DNA from: an uncultured Bdellovibrionales bacterium
Lineage (GTDB): Bacteria; Patescibacteriota; Minisyncoccia; Moranbacterales; UBA9337
Length of the DNA: 45,187 nucleotides
Direction: 5' to 3'
Assembly (NCBI GenBank): GCA_964600645.1
Contig: CAZRJL010000002.1
Coordinates: 1 to 45,187 of the forward strand
In this document: positions 8,696 to 16,626 of the stretch, in pieces
How positions within the stretch are numbered: position 1 is the first letter of the stretch
Layout: every line of letters begins with the position of its first letter
Notes under the pieces: generated by a model
Databases searched by the model: none
What the model was told of the DNA's origin: nothing
Seen by the model: only the letters and a program-made list of their open reading frames with translations
Program-made: the position numbers and the translations under genes

Positions 8696-9148
8696 TCACT
8701 TGATGCATTTGTCCGCTTTGTATCCTCTCGCCTGCGCTTCCGCTTTATCCTTGAAGCAAACAATATTTTCCGGTTTGATTCTTTTGGCATAACTGCAAGT
8801 CGGCACATGATATTTGTCGGAATTTTTACTCCCCACGAAAACGCATTCTGCCGGATTTTTTTGATTAATATTTTCCGGTAAGGTATTGTTTCCTGTTTTC
8901 TCCTCCATATTTGTTGTTTTATCAACAGCATTGCTCTCTGTTTGATTTGATGCAACCGCAACCGCCGGCACCTCGACAATCATCGGCTCTTGTTGCCACT
9001 TTTGACCCTGCAAAATACCCACCTCGAATGAAATAACAGCCACCAAAATCATTCCCAAAAACACCACGATTTTTGCTTCATATTTCCAAAAAACCTCCTT
9101 TGCCCGCCTTCTCCAATTTTTTTCTTTTTTCACACTAGTTATTGACAA
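8696..9148 (-). CDS. membrane-anchored protein with C-terminal Ada-like metal-binding (YHxxxC...C) domain
   Basis: One TM helix (IVVFLGMILVAVISFEVGIL) and a C-terminal KYHVPTCSYAKRIKPENIVCFKDKAEAQARGYKADKC. The track start is TTG; a GTG at 9133 is an alternative start. Confidence 0.6.
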   Translation of the reverse strand: MSITSVKKEKNWRRRAKEVFWKYEAKIVVFLGMILVAVISFEVGILQGQKWQQEPMIVEVPAVAVASNQTESNAVDKTTNMEEKTGNNTLPENINQKNPAECVFVGSKNSDKYHVPTCSYAKRIKPENIVCFKDKAEAQARGYKADKCIK

Positions 9149-9169
9149 TTTTTATATTCTTGATATACT
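9142..9169 (+). promoter_or_regulatory. candidate sigma70-type promoter of rpmA
   Basis: TTGACA (9142-9147), 16-nt spacer, TATACT (9164-9169). It lies about 85 nt upstream of the rpmA ATG. The leader contains CATTTTG x3-4 (9213-9243). Confidence 0.4.
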
Positions 9170-9256
9170 TGGTTTTGCAACTAATTATATCATAAATTTT
9201 TTAATTTTGCTTCTTCATTTTGCATTTTGCATTTTGATTTTTGCACTTAAATAAAT

Positions 9257-9553
9257 ATGGCACATCGTAAAGCTGGTGGATCTACCCAACTGGGACGCGA
9301 TTCGATTTCCAAGCGCCTGGGAGTAAAACTTTTCGGAAGTCAAAAAGTAAAATCCGGAAACATTATTGTCCGCCAAAGAGGAACGAAATTCCATCCCGGA
9401 AAAAATGTTAAACGGGCGGAAGATGACACACTCTTTGCTCTCAAAAACGGAATTATAGAATTCACCAAAAAGAAAATGCGAAACTTCACCGGAAAACTGG
9501 AAAAAAGACGCTTTGTAAATATCAGAGAAGAAAAGGAGACTGCTAAAAAATAA
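9257..9553 (+). CDS. rpmA: 50S ribosomal protein L27
   Basis: [27 protein letters not shown]...[16 protein letters not shown] is the canonical L27 N-terminus. One of only two plus-strand genes. Confidence 0.95.
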   Translation: MAHRKAGGSTQLGRDSISKRLGVKLFGSQKVKSGNIIVRQRGTKFHPGKNVKRAEDDTLFALKNGIIEFTKKKMRNFTGKLEKRRFVNIREEKETAKK

Positions 9554-9676
9554 TTCAGCCATTCAAATAAAAAAACCTCAGAAAAAAATATATATTCCGA
9601 GGTTTTTTATTTTTTACCAACCGCTAAGTCAATTCAAACTGATCAAAACAAGACAGACAATGATATACAAAAAAAA

Positions 9677-10132
9677 TTATTTGACTTCCAAAATCTCATA
9701 TTTAACTTTTCCTCCCGGGGTTTCCACGACAACATTATTTCCCTTGCATTTTCCCATAAAAGCTTTCCCCATCGGTGATTCATTGGAAATTTTCATATTC
9801 GCCGGATCGGTTTCATTAGAACCGACAATTTGAAATTCCATCTCGCTTCCATTAAATTTTACTTTTACAAATGAACCGATCTCGACGCAATCGGAACATC
9901 CACTATGCTCCACCACCTCGGAGTTCTTAATCATAACTTCAAGTTGCGCAATGCGTGTTTCATTTTCAGCTTGCTGTCTCTTGGCTTCGCTATATTCAGC
10001 GTTCTCGCTCAAATCGCCCTGCTCTTTCGCTTCTTTGATTGCCTGCGCTATTTCTTGACGCACCTTCGTTTTGCGTTCCTCAAATTCATTCTGAAGTTTC
10101 TTAAGTCCGTCTTTTGTGATTAGTCTTGTCAT
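9677..10132 (-). CDS. greA: transcription elongation factor GreA
   Basis: 151 aa. N-terminal coiled coil with GDLSENAEYSEAKRQQ and a C-terminal FKBP-like domain (ISNESPMGKAFMGKCKGNNVVVETPGG). Confidence 0.9.
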   Translation of the reverse strand: MTRLITKDGLKKLQNEFEERKTKVRQEIAQAIKEAKEQGDLSENAEYSEAKRQQAENETRIAQLEVMIKNSEVVEHSGCSDCVEIGSFVKVKFNGSEMEFQIVGSNETDPANMKISNESPMGKAFMGKCKGNNVVVETPGGKVKYEILEVK

Positions 10133-10161
10133 TTTTTTATTTTAGTAATTAAATTATCAAT

Positions 10162-10186
10162 AAAAAAGTACTGCCGACAAGCAGTA
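10162..10186 (-). terminator. hairpin plus T run between nrdG and greA (nrdG terminator and/or greA leader attenuator)
   Basis: Minus strand: TACTGC-TTGTCG-GCAGTA followed by CTTTTTT. Confidence 0.45.
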
Positions 10187-10218
10187 GTTTGAGTTAAATT
10201 TTATAAAAACTTAATGCA

Positions 10219-10246
10219 ATAATATCAGAGTATTTCCGCTTGTCAA
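10219..10246 (-). promoter_or_regulatory. candidate promoter upstream of the greA leader
   Basis: Minus strand: TTGACA (10246-10241), 16-nt spacer, TATTAT (10224-10219). It lies upstream of the 10162-10186 hairpin. Confidence 0.4.
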
Positions 10247-10255
10247 GCAATCCTA

Positions 10256-10963
10256 CTATTTCCTTATTCCCATTTTTCCAAACTTTCCCCCTATCTTCTT
10301 TTTTATTTTCTCCAAGTCCACTTTTTTTCCTTGCGTCTTTTCTTTTATCCGCAAATCAAGAACTTTGAAATCTCGAAATTCTTGCAAAAAATAAGCGCGC
10401 GCGCCACCAATCCATTCGGCAATTTTATCAAAATCTTTTTCGTCGTGGAATCCCGGTACTACTGTGGTACGAAATTCATAGTCAATCCCGCTATTTATTA
10501 TTAATTTTACGCTCAGCTTCACTCTTTCTATATCCACTCTCACTCCTACAGTTTGAGAATATTTTTCCGGCGTATTTTTGATATCCATCGCAATATAATC
10601 AACTATCTTCTTGTTTATTATATTTCGGAGCACGTCTGGTCTGGTCCCATTGGAATCCAATTTAACCAAAAATCCCATTTTTTTTATTTTTTCAATAAAT
10701 TCAATAATGTCCGGCTGAATCGTCGGTTCTCCTCCGGTAACGCAAACCGCCTCAAGTTTGCCCCTCCTGTCTTCTAAAAATTTAAAAAATTCTTTTTCTG
10801 CAATACTTGATACTTGATACTTGATACTTGATACTAGTTCGGGATTGTGGCAAAACGGACAACGAAAACTACATCCGACGGTAAAAACTGTCGTCGCCAA
10901 TTTACCCGGATAATCCACCATTGTAAATTTCTCAAAACCTCCGATTTGCATAGAATAATCCAA
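10256..10963 (-). CDS. nrdG: anaerobic ribonucleoside-triphosphate reductase activating protein (radical SAM)
   Basis: 235 aa. CSFRCPFCHNPE (CxxxCxxC) and VCVTGGEP. Confidence 0.9.
   Translation of the reverse strand: MDYSMQIGGFEKFTMVDYPGKLATTVFTVGCSFRCPFCHNPELVSSIKYQVSSIAEKEFFKFLEDRRGKLEAVCVTGGEPTIQPDIIEFIEKIKKMGFLVKLDSNGTRPDVLRNIINKKIVDYIAMDIKNTPEKYSQTVGVRVDIERVKLSVKLIINSGIDYEFRTTVVPGFHDEKDFDKIAEWIGGARAYFLQEFRDFKVLDLRIKEKTQGKKVDLEKIKKKIGGKFGKMGIRK
10803..10837. repeat. heptanucleotide tandem repeat ATACTTG x4 plus one imperfect unit, inside nrdG
   Basis: Direct reading: atacttg atacttg atacttg atacttg atactag. It encodes ..VSSIKYQVSSI.. just after the radical-SAM cysteine motif. Confidence 0.9.
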
Positions 10964-11053
10964 TTATTAGATATTAAATCCAAAAAATGAGAAATTAAGG
11001 GCGATATTTATCATAGAAAAATAAATATCGCCCTCCTATCTTTTTAATACAAT

Positions 11054-11356
11054 CTAGCAACAACCCTTACTGCAATCTCCGTCACAGTTGTCATCCTTTT
11101 TATCCTCCACTTCAAACGTTTTGCGATCTTCCCATTCCGCCGCTTTGCCTTTGTTCCATCGGTTAATCGGAGTGTGAAACCCGACCACGCGAGAATACAC
11201 ATCGCACGGCTGGTAATTTTCCATAACCGAATTTTTTTCATAACACTCGCGACACTTTATCAAATAATTATTCTCATCTTGAGTATAATTAACATACTCA
11301 TCTCCCTTTTGAAGTTTTTTTCCGCAGTCATGACAAACCAATTTTTTTTCTTCCAT
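11054..11356 (-). CDS. stand-alone NrdD C-terminal glycyl-radical domain protein with extra zinc ribbon
   Basis: 100 aa. CHDC...CREC ribbon, then DVYSRVVGFHTPINRWNKGKAAEWEDRKTF, which is the RVxG[YF]...WNxGK glycyl-radical motif of class III RNR. Cys-rich tail NCDGDCSKGCC. Confidence 0.75.
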   Translation of the reverse strand: MEEKKLVCHDCGKKLQKGDEYVNYTQDENNYLIKCRECYEKNSVMENYQPCDVYSRVVGFHTPINRWNKGKAAEWEDRKTFEVEDKKDDNCDGDCSKGCC

Positions 11357-11404
11357 ATATTTTTGTTTTTACTTTTTAATTATATAAATTTTTATTATTT
11401 GCAT

Positions 11405-13540
11405 TTATACTTTCTCAAACTTCACCTGCGTCAATTTGATCGCACATTTCGGGCAAGTATGATGCTCTCCGGACAAATATCCGTGCTCGGGACAAATACT
11501 GAAAGTCGGAGTAAAAGTAAAATATGGCAAGTGATACTTGGTAGCGATAGTTTTTACCAAATTCTTCACTACCTCGATATCATTTATTTTTTCTCCCAAA
11601 AATCCGTGCAACACTGTTCCGCCGGTGTACTTTGTTTGCAAATTATCTTGCAATTCCAATGCCTCGAAAATATCACTGGTATACCCGACTGGAAGCTGAG
11701 AAGAATTTGTATAATACGGTTCCGCTCCATTTTCCTTCACCGCATTGTCATTGGCAAATATTATTTTCGGATATTTCGCCTGATCCAATTTCGCCAAACG
11801 ATAGGTTGTGCCTTCCGCCGGAGTAGCTTCCAAATTATACATATTATCGGTTTCCTTTTGATATTTCACCATACGCTTTCGCATATGTTCCAAAATTTTC
11901 TGCGCCAATTTATTTCCTTTTTTGGTAACAATCTTTTCTCCGATCAAATTTTCCAGTGCCTCGTTCATTCCCACCAAACCGATAGTTGAAAAATGATTCC
12001 CCCAATAACTGCCTCGCCGCTGCTTGATAGATTTCAAATAGTGTCTGGAATAAGGATAGAGCCCCGCTTCAGTCAATTTTTCAATAAAATTTCTTTTTGT
12101 TTCCAAGCTTTCTTTTGCCAAATCCATCAATCGGTCAAGTCGGTCAAAAAAATCTTCCTCGTCCTTTGCCAAATATCCGATTCTGGGCATATTGATGGTT
12201 ACCACTCCAATAGAGCCCGTCATTGGATTGGCGCCAAAGAGTCCGCCTCCGCGTTTGTTGAGTTCACGATTATCCAATCTGAGTCGACAACACATACTTC
12301 GAGCATCATCCGGACTCATATCCGAATTGACGAAATTGGCAAAATAAGGCATTCCGTATTTAGCGGTCATTTCCCAAATAGGATTGAGCGCTTGATCATT
12401 CCAATCAAAGTCTTTGGTAATGTTGTAGGTCGGAATCGGAAAAGTAAACACTCGATTTTGCGCATCTCCTTCACTCATCACTTCCGCAAATGCCTTATTA
12501 ATCATATTCATTTCCTTCTGAAAATCACCGTATTTTTCTTTTTGCGGTTTTCCGCCGATTATCACCGATTCATTTTTATATGTTGAAGGAACCTGCAAAT
12601 CCAAGGTAATATTGGAAAACGGTGTTTGAAATCCAACGCGTGTCGGCACATTCATATTGAAAACAAACTCCTGTAATGCTTGTTTAATCTCTTTCTGATT
12701 CAACTTGTCAAAACGAATAAACGGCGCCAATAAAGTATCAAAATTGGCAAATGCTTGCGCACCATTAGCTTCTCCTTGCAAAGTATAGATAAAATTAACC
12801 ATCTGCCCCAAAGCGCTGCGAAAATGCTTCGGCGGCGCACTGGAAACCTTCCCCGGCACCCCTCCAAACCCCCGCATCAAAAGGTCATGCAAATCCCATC
12901 CGCAACAATAGGCCGCCACCATTTGCAAATCATGCACATGCAAATCGCCTTTTTCGTGCGCCTGCTGAATGTCTTTTGTATACACTCTGTCCATCCAATA
13001 GCGGGAGCTCACTACGGAAGAAATAAAATTATTCATCCCTTGAAGTGAAAAACCCATATTGGAATTTTCTTTCACTCGCCAGTCCGCTTCTTTGATATAG
13101 CTATCAATTAGATCCACCGCCTCTTTGAGCGCCTCTTCCGTTTCCCTAATTTTTCGATGCTGTTCGCGATAGAGAATATATGCCTTGGCGGTTTCCTCAA
13201 AATCCAAAACCATCAAAACTTTTTCCACCATATCTTGAATTTCCTCAATTTCCGGAATACTTCCCTTTTGATGCTTTTTGGCAAGCAACTGAACCACCTT
13301 GGAAGCCACTTTTTTTGCCTCTTTTTCCGCCCCTTCTCCGGTTTCCGCGAAAGCTTTGGCAACCGCTATTGCAATTTTTCCTTCATCAAAAGGAACGATT
13401 TTTCCACTTCGCTTAATTACCTTAGTAATTAATTTTTCCTTCTTCGAAACATTTTTTATTACTCTTAATGTCGACTTCTTCTTTGCTTTTTTTGTTTTTG
13501 AGCTTTTCCCCTTTCTCGCTCCTTTCTTGTTTTGAACCAT
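11405..13540 (-). CDS. nrdD: anaerobic ribonucleoside-triphosphate reductase, large fragment lacking the glycyl-radical loop
   Basis: 711 aa. Lys-rich N-terminal tail, ATP-cone (ITKVIKRSGKIVPFDEGKI), core motifs (YYTNSSQLPV) and a zinc site ICPEHGYLSGEHHTCPKC. It ends 15 codons after CPKC. Confidence 0.9.
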   Translation of the reverse strand: MVQNKKGARKGKSSKTKKAKKKSTLRVIKNVSKKEKLITKVIKRSGKIVPFDEGKIAIAVAKAFAETGEGAEKEAKKVASKVVQLLAKKHQKGSIPEIEEIQDMVEKVLMVLDFEETAKAYILYREQHRKIRETEEALKEAVDLIDSYIKEADWRVKENSNMGFSLQGMNNFISSVVSSRYWMDRVYTKDIQQAHEKGDLHVHDLQMVAAYCCGWDLHDLLMRGFGGVPGKVSSAPPKHFRSALGQMVNFIYTLQGEANGAQAFANFDTLLAPFIRFDKLNQKEIKQALQEFVFNMNVPTRVGFQTPFSNITLDLQVPSTYKNESVIIGGKPQKEKYGDFQKEMNMINKAFAEVMSEGDAQNRVFTFPIPTYNITKDFDWNDQALNPIWEMTAKYGMPYFANFVNSDMSPDDARSMCCRLRLDNRELNKRGGGLFGANPMTGSIGVVTINMPRIGYLAKDEEDFFDRLDRLMDLAKESLETKRNFIEKLTEAGLYPYSRHYLKSIKQRRGSYWGNHFSTIGLVGMNEALENLIGEKIVTKKGNKLAQKILEHMRKRMVKYQKETDNMYNLEATPAEGTTYRLAKLDQAKYPKIIFANDNAVKENGAEPYYTNSSQLPVGYTSDIFEALELQDNLQTKYTGGTVLHGFLGEKINDIEVVKNLVKTIATKYHLPYFTFTPTFSICPEHGYLSGEHHTCPKCAIKLTQVKFEKV

Positions 13541-13605
13541 AGTTTTTGTTTTTTTTGCCCCCCGGATTAAATTATATTTTACGCTATTATTTTATTATTT
13601 ATGCT

Positions 13606-14055
13606 CTATGTTTTAAGCCTTTCCATCTCTTTCTTGAAGCTGTCCATATTGCGAAATGACTTATATACACTGGCGAAACGCAAATAGGCGACTTCATCCA
13701 CTTCTTTGAGTTTTTTCAAAATTATTCTTCCGATTTCTTTGCTGGTTATTTCATCTTTTTCCCGCGAATGAATTTCATATTCAATATCGTTCAAAATTTT
13801 CTCTAATTTTTCTTCGCTAATCGGTCTTTTTTCGATCGCCTTGGCAATCCCCGATCGAACCTTATTTTGATCATATTCTCTCTTTTGTCCGTTTTTTTTG
13901 ATAACCGTAAGTCGCATAATTTCCACTTCTTCATAGGTACTGAATCGTCCATTGCATTTCTCGCACTCGCGGCGACGGCGGATAGCTTTCCTATCATTGG
14001 TATCGCGGGAATCCACAACCTTCGTTTCATTGTTATTGCAAAACGGACAAATCAT
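13606..14055 (-). CDS. nrdR: transcriptional repressor NrdR
   Basis: 149 aa. MICPFCNNNETKVVDSRDT...RRRRECEKCNGRFSTYE zinc ribbon plus an ATP-cone. Confidence 0.95.
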   Translation of the reverse strand: MICPFCNNNETKVVDSRDTNDRKAIRRRRECEKCNGRFSTYEEVEIMRLTVIKKNGQKREYDQNKVRSGIAKAIEKRPISEEKLEKILNDIEYEIHSREKDEITSKEIGRIILKKLKEVDEVAYLRFASVYKSFRNMDSFKKEMERLKT

Positions 14056-14070
14056 AATTTTATAACTATT

Positions 14071-14086
14071 ACACTATATGTTGTAT
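14071..14086 (-). promoter_or_regulatory. NrdR box
   Basis: ACACTATATGTTGTAT resembles the remembered 16-bp palindromic NrdR-box consensus (acaCwAtATaTwGtgt). It sits between the candidate -10 and the nrdR start. Confidence 0.55.
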
Positions 14087-14097
14087 GCCACAGGTAA

Positions 14098-14125
14098 ATT
14101 ATACCACAAGACAAAATCACTGCAA
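14098..14125 (-). promoter_or_regulatory. candidate promoter of the nrdR-nrdD-nrdG operon
   Basis: Minus strand: TTGCAG (14125-14120), 16-nt spacer, TATAAT (14103-14098), with an extended -10 TG (TGTGGTATAAT). Confidence 0.5.
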
Positions 14126-14153
14126 GCCTCTGATTTTAAGCCAAGAAACAAAG

Positions 14154-14257
14154 TTATCCACAACGTAAAATAAAAATAGGAATTTTTATCACGTTGCGGG
14201 CAAACGTAAAATCCGACGTTATGTCGGATCGCGTTGCGGGCAAACGTAAAATCCGAC
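14154..14257. repeat. intergenic composite motif, copy 1: perfect DnaA-box 9-mer, covarying hairpin and a 26-nt direct repeat x2
   Basis: TTATCCACA at 14154-14162. CGTTGCGGGCAAACGTAAAATCCGAC occurs at 14192-14217 and again at 14232-14257. TCCGACGTTATGTCGGA hairpin at 14211-14229. Confidence 0.6.
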
Positions 14258-14302
14258 AACACTGGGTCACATTACATAACAAAAATAATTCGCGATTAAA
14301 AC

Positions 14303-14336
14303 AAAAAATAACCCGCAAAATGAATATCGCGGGTTA
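14303..14336 (-). terminator. rho-independent terminator after the 565-aa secreted protein gene
   Basis: Minus strand: TAACCCGC-loop-GCGGGTTA followed by TTTTTT. Confidence 0.6.
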
Positions 14337-14369
14337 TTTGTAATTTTTAGTTATAAATTGCGGTCTTTT

Positions 14370-16067
14370 CTATGGCGCGACTTCTCTCCAATTATAATTA
14401 CTCTCCGGACACGCTGAACAATTTGAGGTTGAATTAGCACAATCGATTCCCAAATCCACGCAATCAGAATTCGGTACTATATCAGTTTCGCTAGTACAAG
14501 AATTAGTAGCCATACAAACCGCAGTTACTATTGATATCTTTCCGCAATTTTCAGGCAAATCACAATCGATATCCTCACTTACGGGACAAAAATGATTGGA
14601 ATAAGCAGGAACACACGGAATAACCGTAATAGTTGTTGTTTTTTTCCCAGTAGATACTCCGGGAGCATCCCAACATTCAAGATCATAAGTCGTGGTTGCC
14701 GTTGGAGACACGACTTCGATGTGAGATCCATCGGCAAATGCCTTCCAGCCTTGCCATGACAGCGGACTTTCCGCCCAACAAGAAGCAACATTTTGAGTAT
14801 TCCATGTTAAAGTTACCGAACCACCCTCATCTATCGAAACAGGTGAAGCCGAAAAAGTTAAAGTTGGCACAGCAGCGGGGGGAGAAAGCGTAATAGTGTG
14901 AGATGCAAACGCACTGCAACTTCCTTTATTGTCGCAAGCCCTAACCTTGAACGTTTTCGCTCCAACAGTAGGCCATTGTCGAATAGCATTTTGCGCAACC
15001 CCTGAATTCACATATAGCGTCGCGGGATACCATTGATCAACGGTACTATCATTATCCCAATCCACTCCATACCTCAATTGATTGCCATTCGGATCCGTGG
15101 AATACAATTTAAAAGAATAATCGGTGTTTATAATCCCCAACGTTGGACCCGTAATTTTGGGAACGGTCGGAGGATCATTAGGAACGATATCTTGTTCCAC
15201 CGACACCTGCGAATGAACGCCTGCTTGAACAGCAATGACATCTCCGGCTCTCACAAACCTGGATATAAGCATATTTTCCGTTTGAAGCGGAGAAGTAAAT
15301 GTTGAGTGATAAATAATACCGGAATCAACTGACGCAACATTATACACTGGAGGAGAATAACTCAGCCAGCCTAATCCGAAGTCATCATACATACCATCAA
15401 CATACACACCGTATGTCTTATCCCAATACCTCAAACTTAAATATCCATTCGTATGTCCCCAGCCATAGCCGTTAACAGCGTTTATATTGATAAAATTAGA
15501 AGTATATTTTTTAGAAAAAGTTACCGTACCGGTAGAAACAACTTTTAGAACTCTTCCCATTGTTGATATAGAACTGGCAGAATGTTGATCGCCCTTAAGA
15601 ACAGTTTTGGAATTAACTCCGGCTGTCATCAATCCGTCTGTATATGTTTTACCAGCGCTCAATGAATCATATTTACTAAAAACAGCGGATGTATCTTGAT
15701 AACTGCCGACTTCTACGTCGTAGGTACCCACTGTTCCGCCGCTTAAAATCGGCAGTCCAAGCTCCCACTTATTGAAAATTTGCGCTTCCGAATAGCTATT
15801 TCCTTGACTTTTAGGATAGTAAGAAACAATAGCCGTACCGCCAATCGCCATACCATCAAAATCAATCTGGGCTGATGCCTTACTCAAGTCAGCCTGAGCA
15901 ACAGGCGAAAAAGCACCGAATAAAAAAAACATGGCCAAAAAAGAAAGACAGGCGCAAAGATACTTGCTTCCTATTTTTATACAACGATCAGAATCATTTT
16001 CTTGTTTTGCTTTTTTGTTGTTTCTCATTTTTTTATATTTTTTATTGCTTAATATCGGAATCATCAA
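14370..16067 (-). CDS. secreted/surface protein with PKD-like repeat region and Cys-rich C-terminus
   Basis: 565 aa. Signal/anchor LSFLAMFFLFGAFSPVAQA. PKD-like segment (TDYSFKLYSTDPNGNQLRYGVDWDND...TFKVRACDNKGSCS). More than 12 Cys in the last ~90 aa. Visibly higher GC than the flanks. The start is uncertain because the ORF overlaps the upstream gene by 26 nt. Confidence 0.7.
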   Translation of the reverse strand: MMIPILSNKKYKKMRNNKKAKQENDSDRCIKIGSKYLCACLSFLAMFFLFGAFSPVAQADLSKASAQIDFDGMAIGGTAIVSYYPKSQGNSYSEAQIFNKWELGLPILSGGTVGTYDVEVGSYQDTSAVFSKYDSLSAGKTYTDGLMTAGVNSKTVLKGDQHSASSISTMGRVLKVVSTGTVTFSKKYTSNFININAVNGYGWGHTNGYLSLRYWDKTYGVYVDGMYDDFGLGWLSYSPPVYNVASVDSGIIYHSTFTSPLQTENMLISRFVRAGDVIAVQAGVHSQVSVEQDIVPNDPPTVPKITGPTLGIINTDYSFKLYSTDPNGNQLRYGVDWDNDSTVDQWYPATLYVNSGVAQNAIRQWPTVGAKTFKVRACDNKGSCSAFASHTITLSPPAAVPTLTFSASPVSIDEGGSVTLTWNTQNVASCWAESPLSWQGWKAFADGSHIEVVSPTATTTYDLECWDAPGVSTGKKTTTITVIPCVPAYSNHFCPVSEDIDCDLPENCGKISIVTAVCMATNSCTSETDIVPNSDCVDLGIDCANSTSNCSACPESNYNWREVAP

Positions 16068-16296
16068 CTGGCAATTTGGGTTGTTCGGGCATGCCTTCCT
16101 CCGGATAACCGATTGAGTGGATAACTTTGATCAATTCCGAATCATCAATAACCGGCTCTGCTTGCTCGACTACTTTTGTTTTGTTTGTTATTTGACTAAA
16201 ACAAAACAGGGCTATCACCAGCACCACGAAAAAAGATCCTATCGCTATCAAAACGATAAGCAAGGTCTTGTTGTTTTTCGGCTTTTCGATTTCCAT
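16042..16296 (-). CDS. small single-pass membrane protein
   Basis: 84 aa. TM helix LLIVLIAIGSFFVVLVIALFCF and an acidic C-terminal tail. Apparently translationally coupled to the next gene. Confidence 0.5.
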   Translation of the reverse strand: MEIEKPKNNKTLLIVLIAIGSFFVVLVIALFCFSQITNKTKVVEQAEPVIDDSELIKVIHSIGYPEEGMPEQPKLPVDDSDIKQ

Positions 16297-16451
16297 TTTT
16301 TTTATATTTTATTTTTATTATTGAAAATATTTTTCAAAACTGAATTCATCTCATCGCGCAATTTTATTTTCACTAAAATTCCGCAACATTTAAATCAAAA
16401 AACTCTCCTTGATAACATTATATAACATTCCAAAAAAAAAGAACATAAAAG

Positions 16452-16517
16452 TTATCCACAGTGTAAAATAAATTTTAGAAAAAAATTTATCACACTACGG
16501 GCAGACATAAAATCACC
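16452..16517. repeat. intergenic composite motif, copy 2 (DnaA-box 9-mer plus covarying hairpin)
   Basis: AAAGTTATCCACAGTGTAAAATAAA...TTTATCACACTACGGGCAGACATAAAATC aligns with 14151-14213. Confidence 0.55.
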
Positions 16518-16626
16518 ACTCTTTTACATTGTGAGCAGGCTAAAAATAAAGGGATAAAAAAAACCCCGTACCGCACGCGATATTATTATAAATATCAACG
16601 CACGACACGAGGTCTAAACAGAACGA

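Noticed and set aside
9213-9243. CATTTTG x3-4 in the rpmA leader, and similar AT-rich low-complexity runs (40230-40340, 21606-21635), as functional repeats.
   Set aside because: These are low-complexity AT-rich intergenic sequences typical of this genome. There is no evidence for them beyond simple slippage.
11357-11404. The NrdD split as a simple sequencing frameshift or as a case of stop-codon reassignment.
   Set aside because: The two ORFs are already in the same frame and are separated by two TAA codons within a 48-nt AT-rich spacer. TAA, TAG and TGA all terminate conserved genes normally elsewhere (for example TGA at the natural dgkA end). An assembly error cannot be fully excluded without reads.
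11174-13535. Long plus-strand ORFs antisense to nrdD (11174..11989, 11993..12586 and others). Similar antisense ORFs lie opposite ftsZ, ftsA, the malic enzyme gene, trxB, pcm and ccdA.
   Set aside because: These are shadow ORFs of strongly supported minus-strand genes. Their translations are low-complexity and have no recognisable motifs.
14192-14257. A CRISPR-like array, suggested by a 26-nt repeat at a 40-nt period.
   Set aside because: There are only two copies, the spacer is just 14 nt, and no cas genes are present. It is part of the composite intergenic motif.
14154-16460. A replication origin (oriC), suggested by the perfect DnaA boxes.
   Set aside because: There are only single boxes, separated by kilobases. 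There is no dnaA or dnaN, no AT-rich DUE with clustered boxes, and no switch in gene orientation. A regulatory or repeat role is more plausible.
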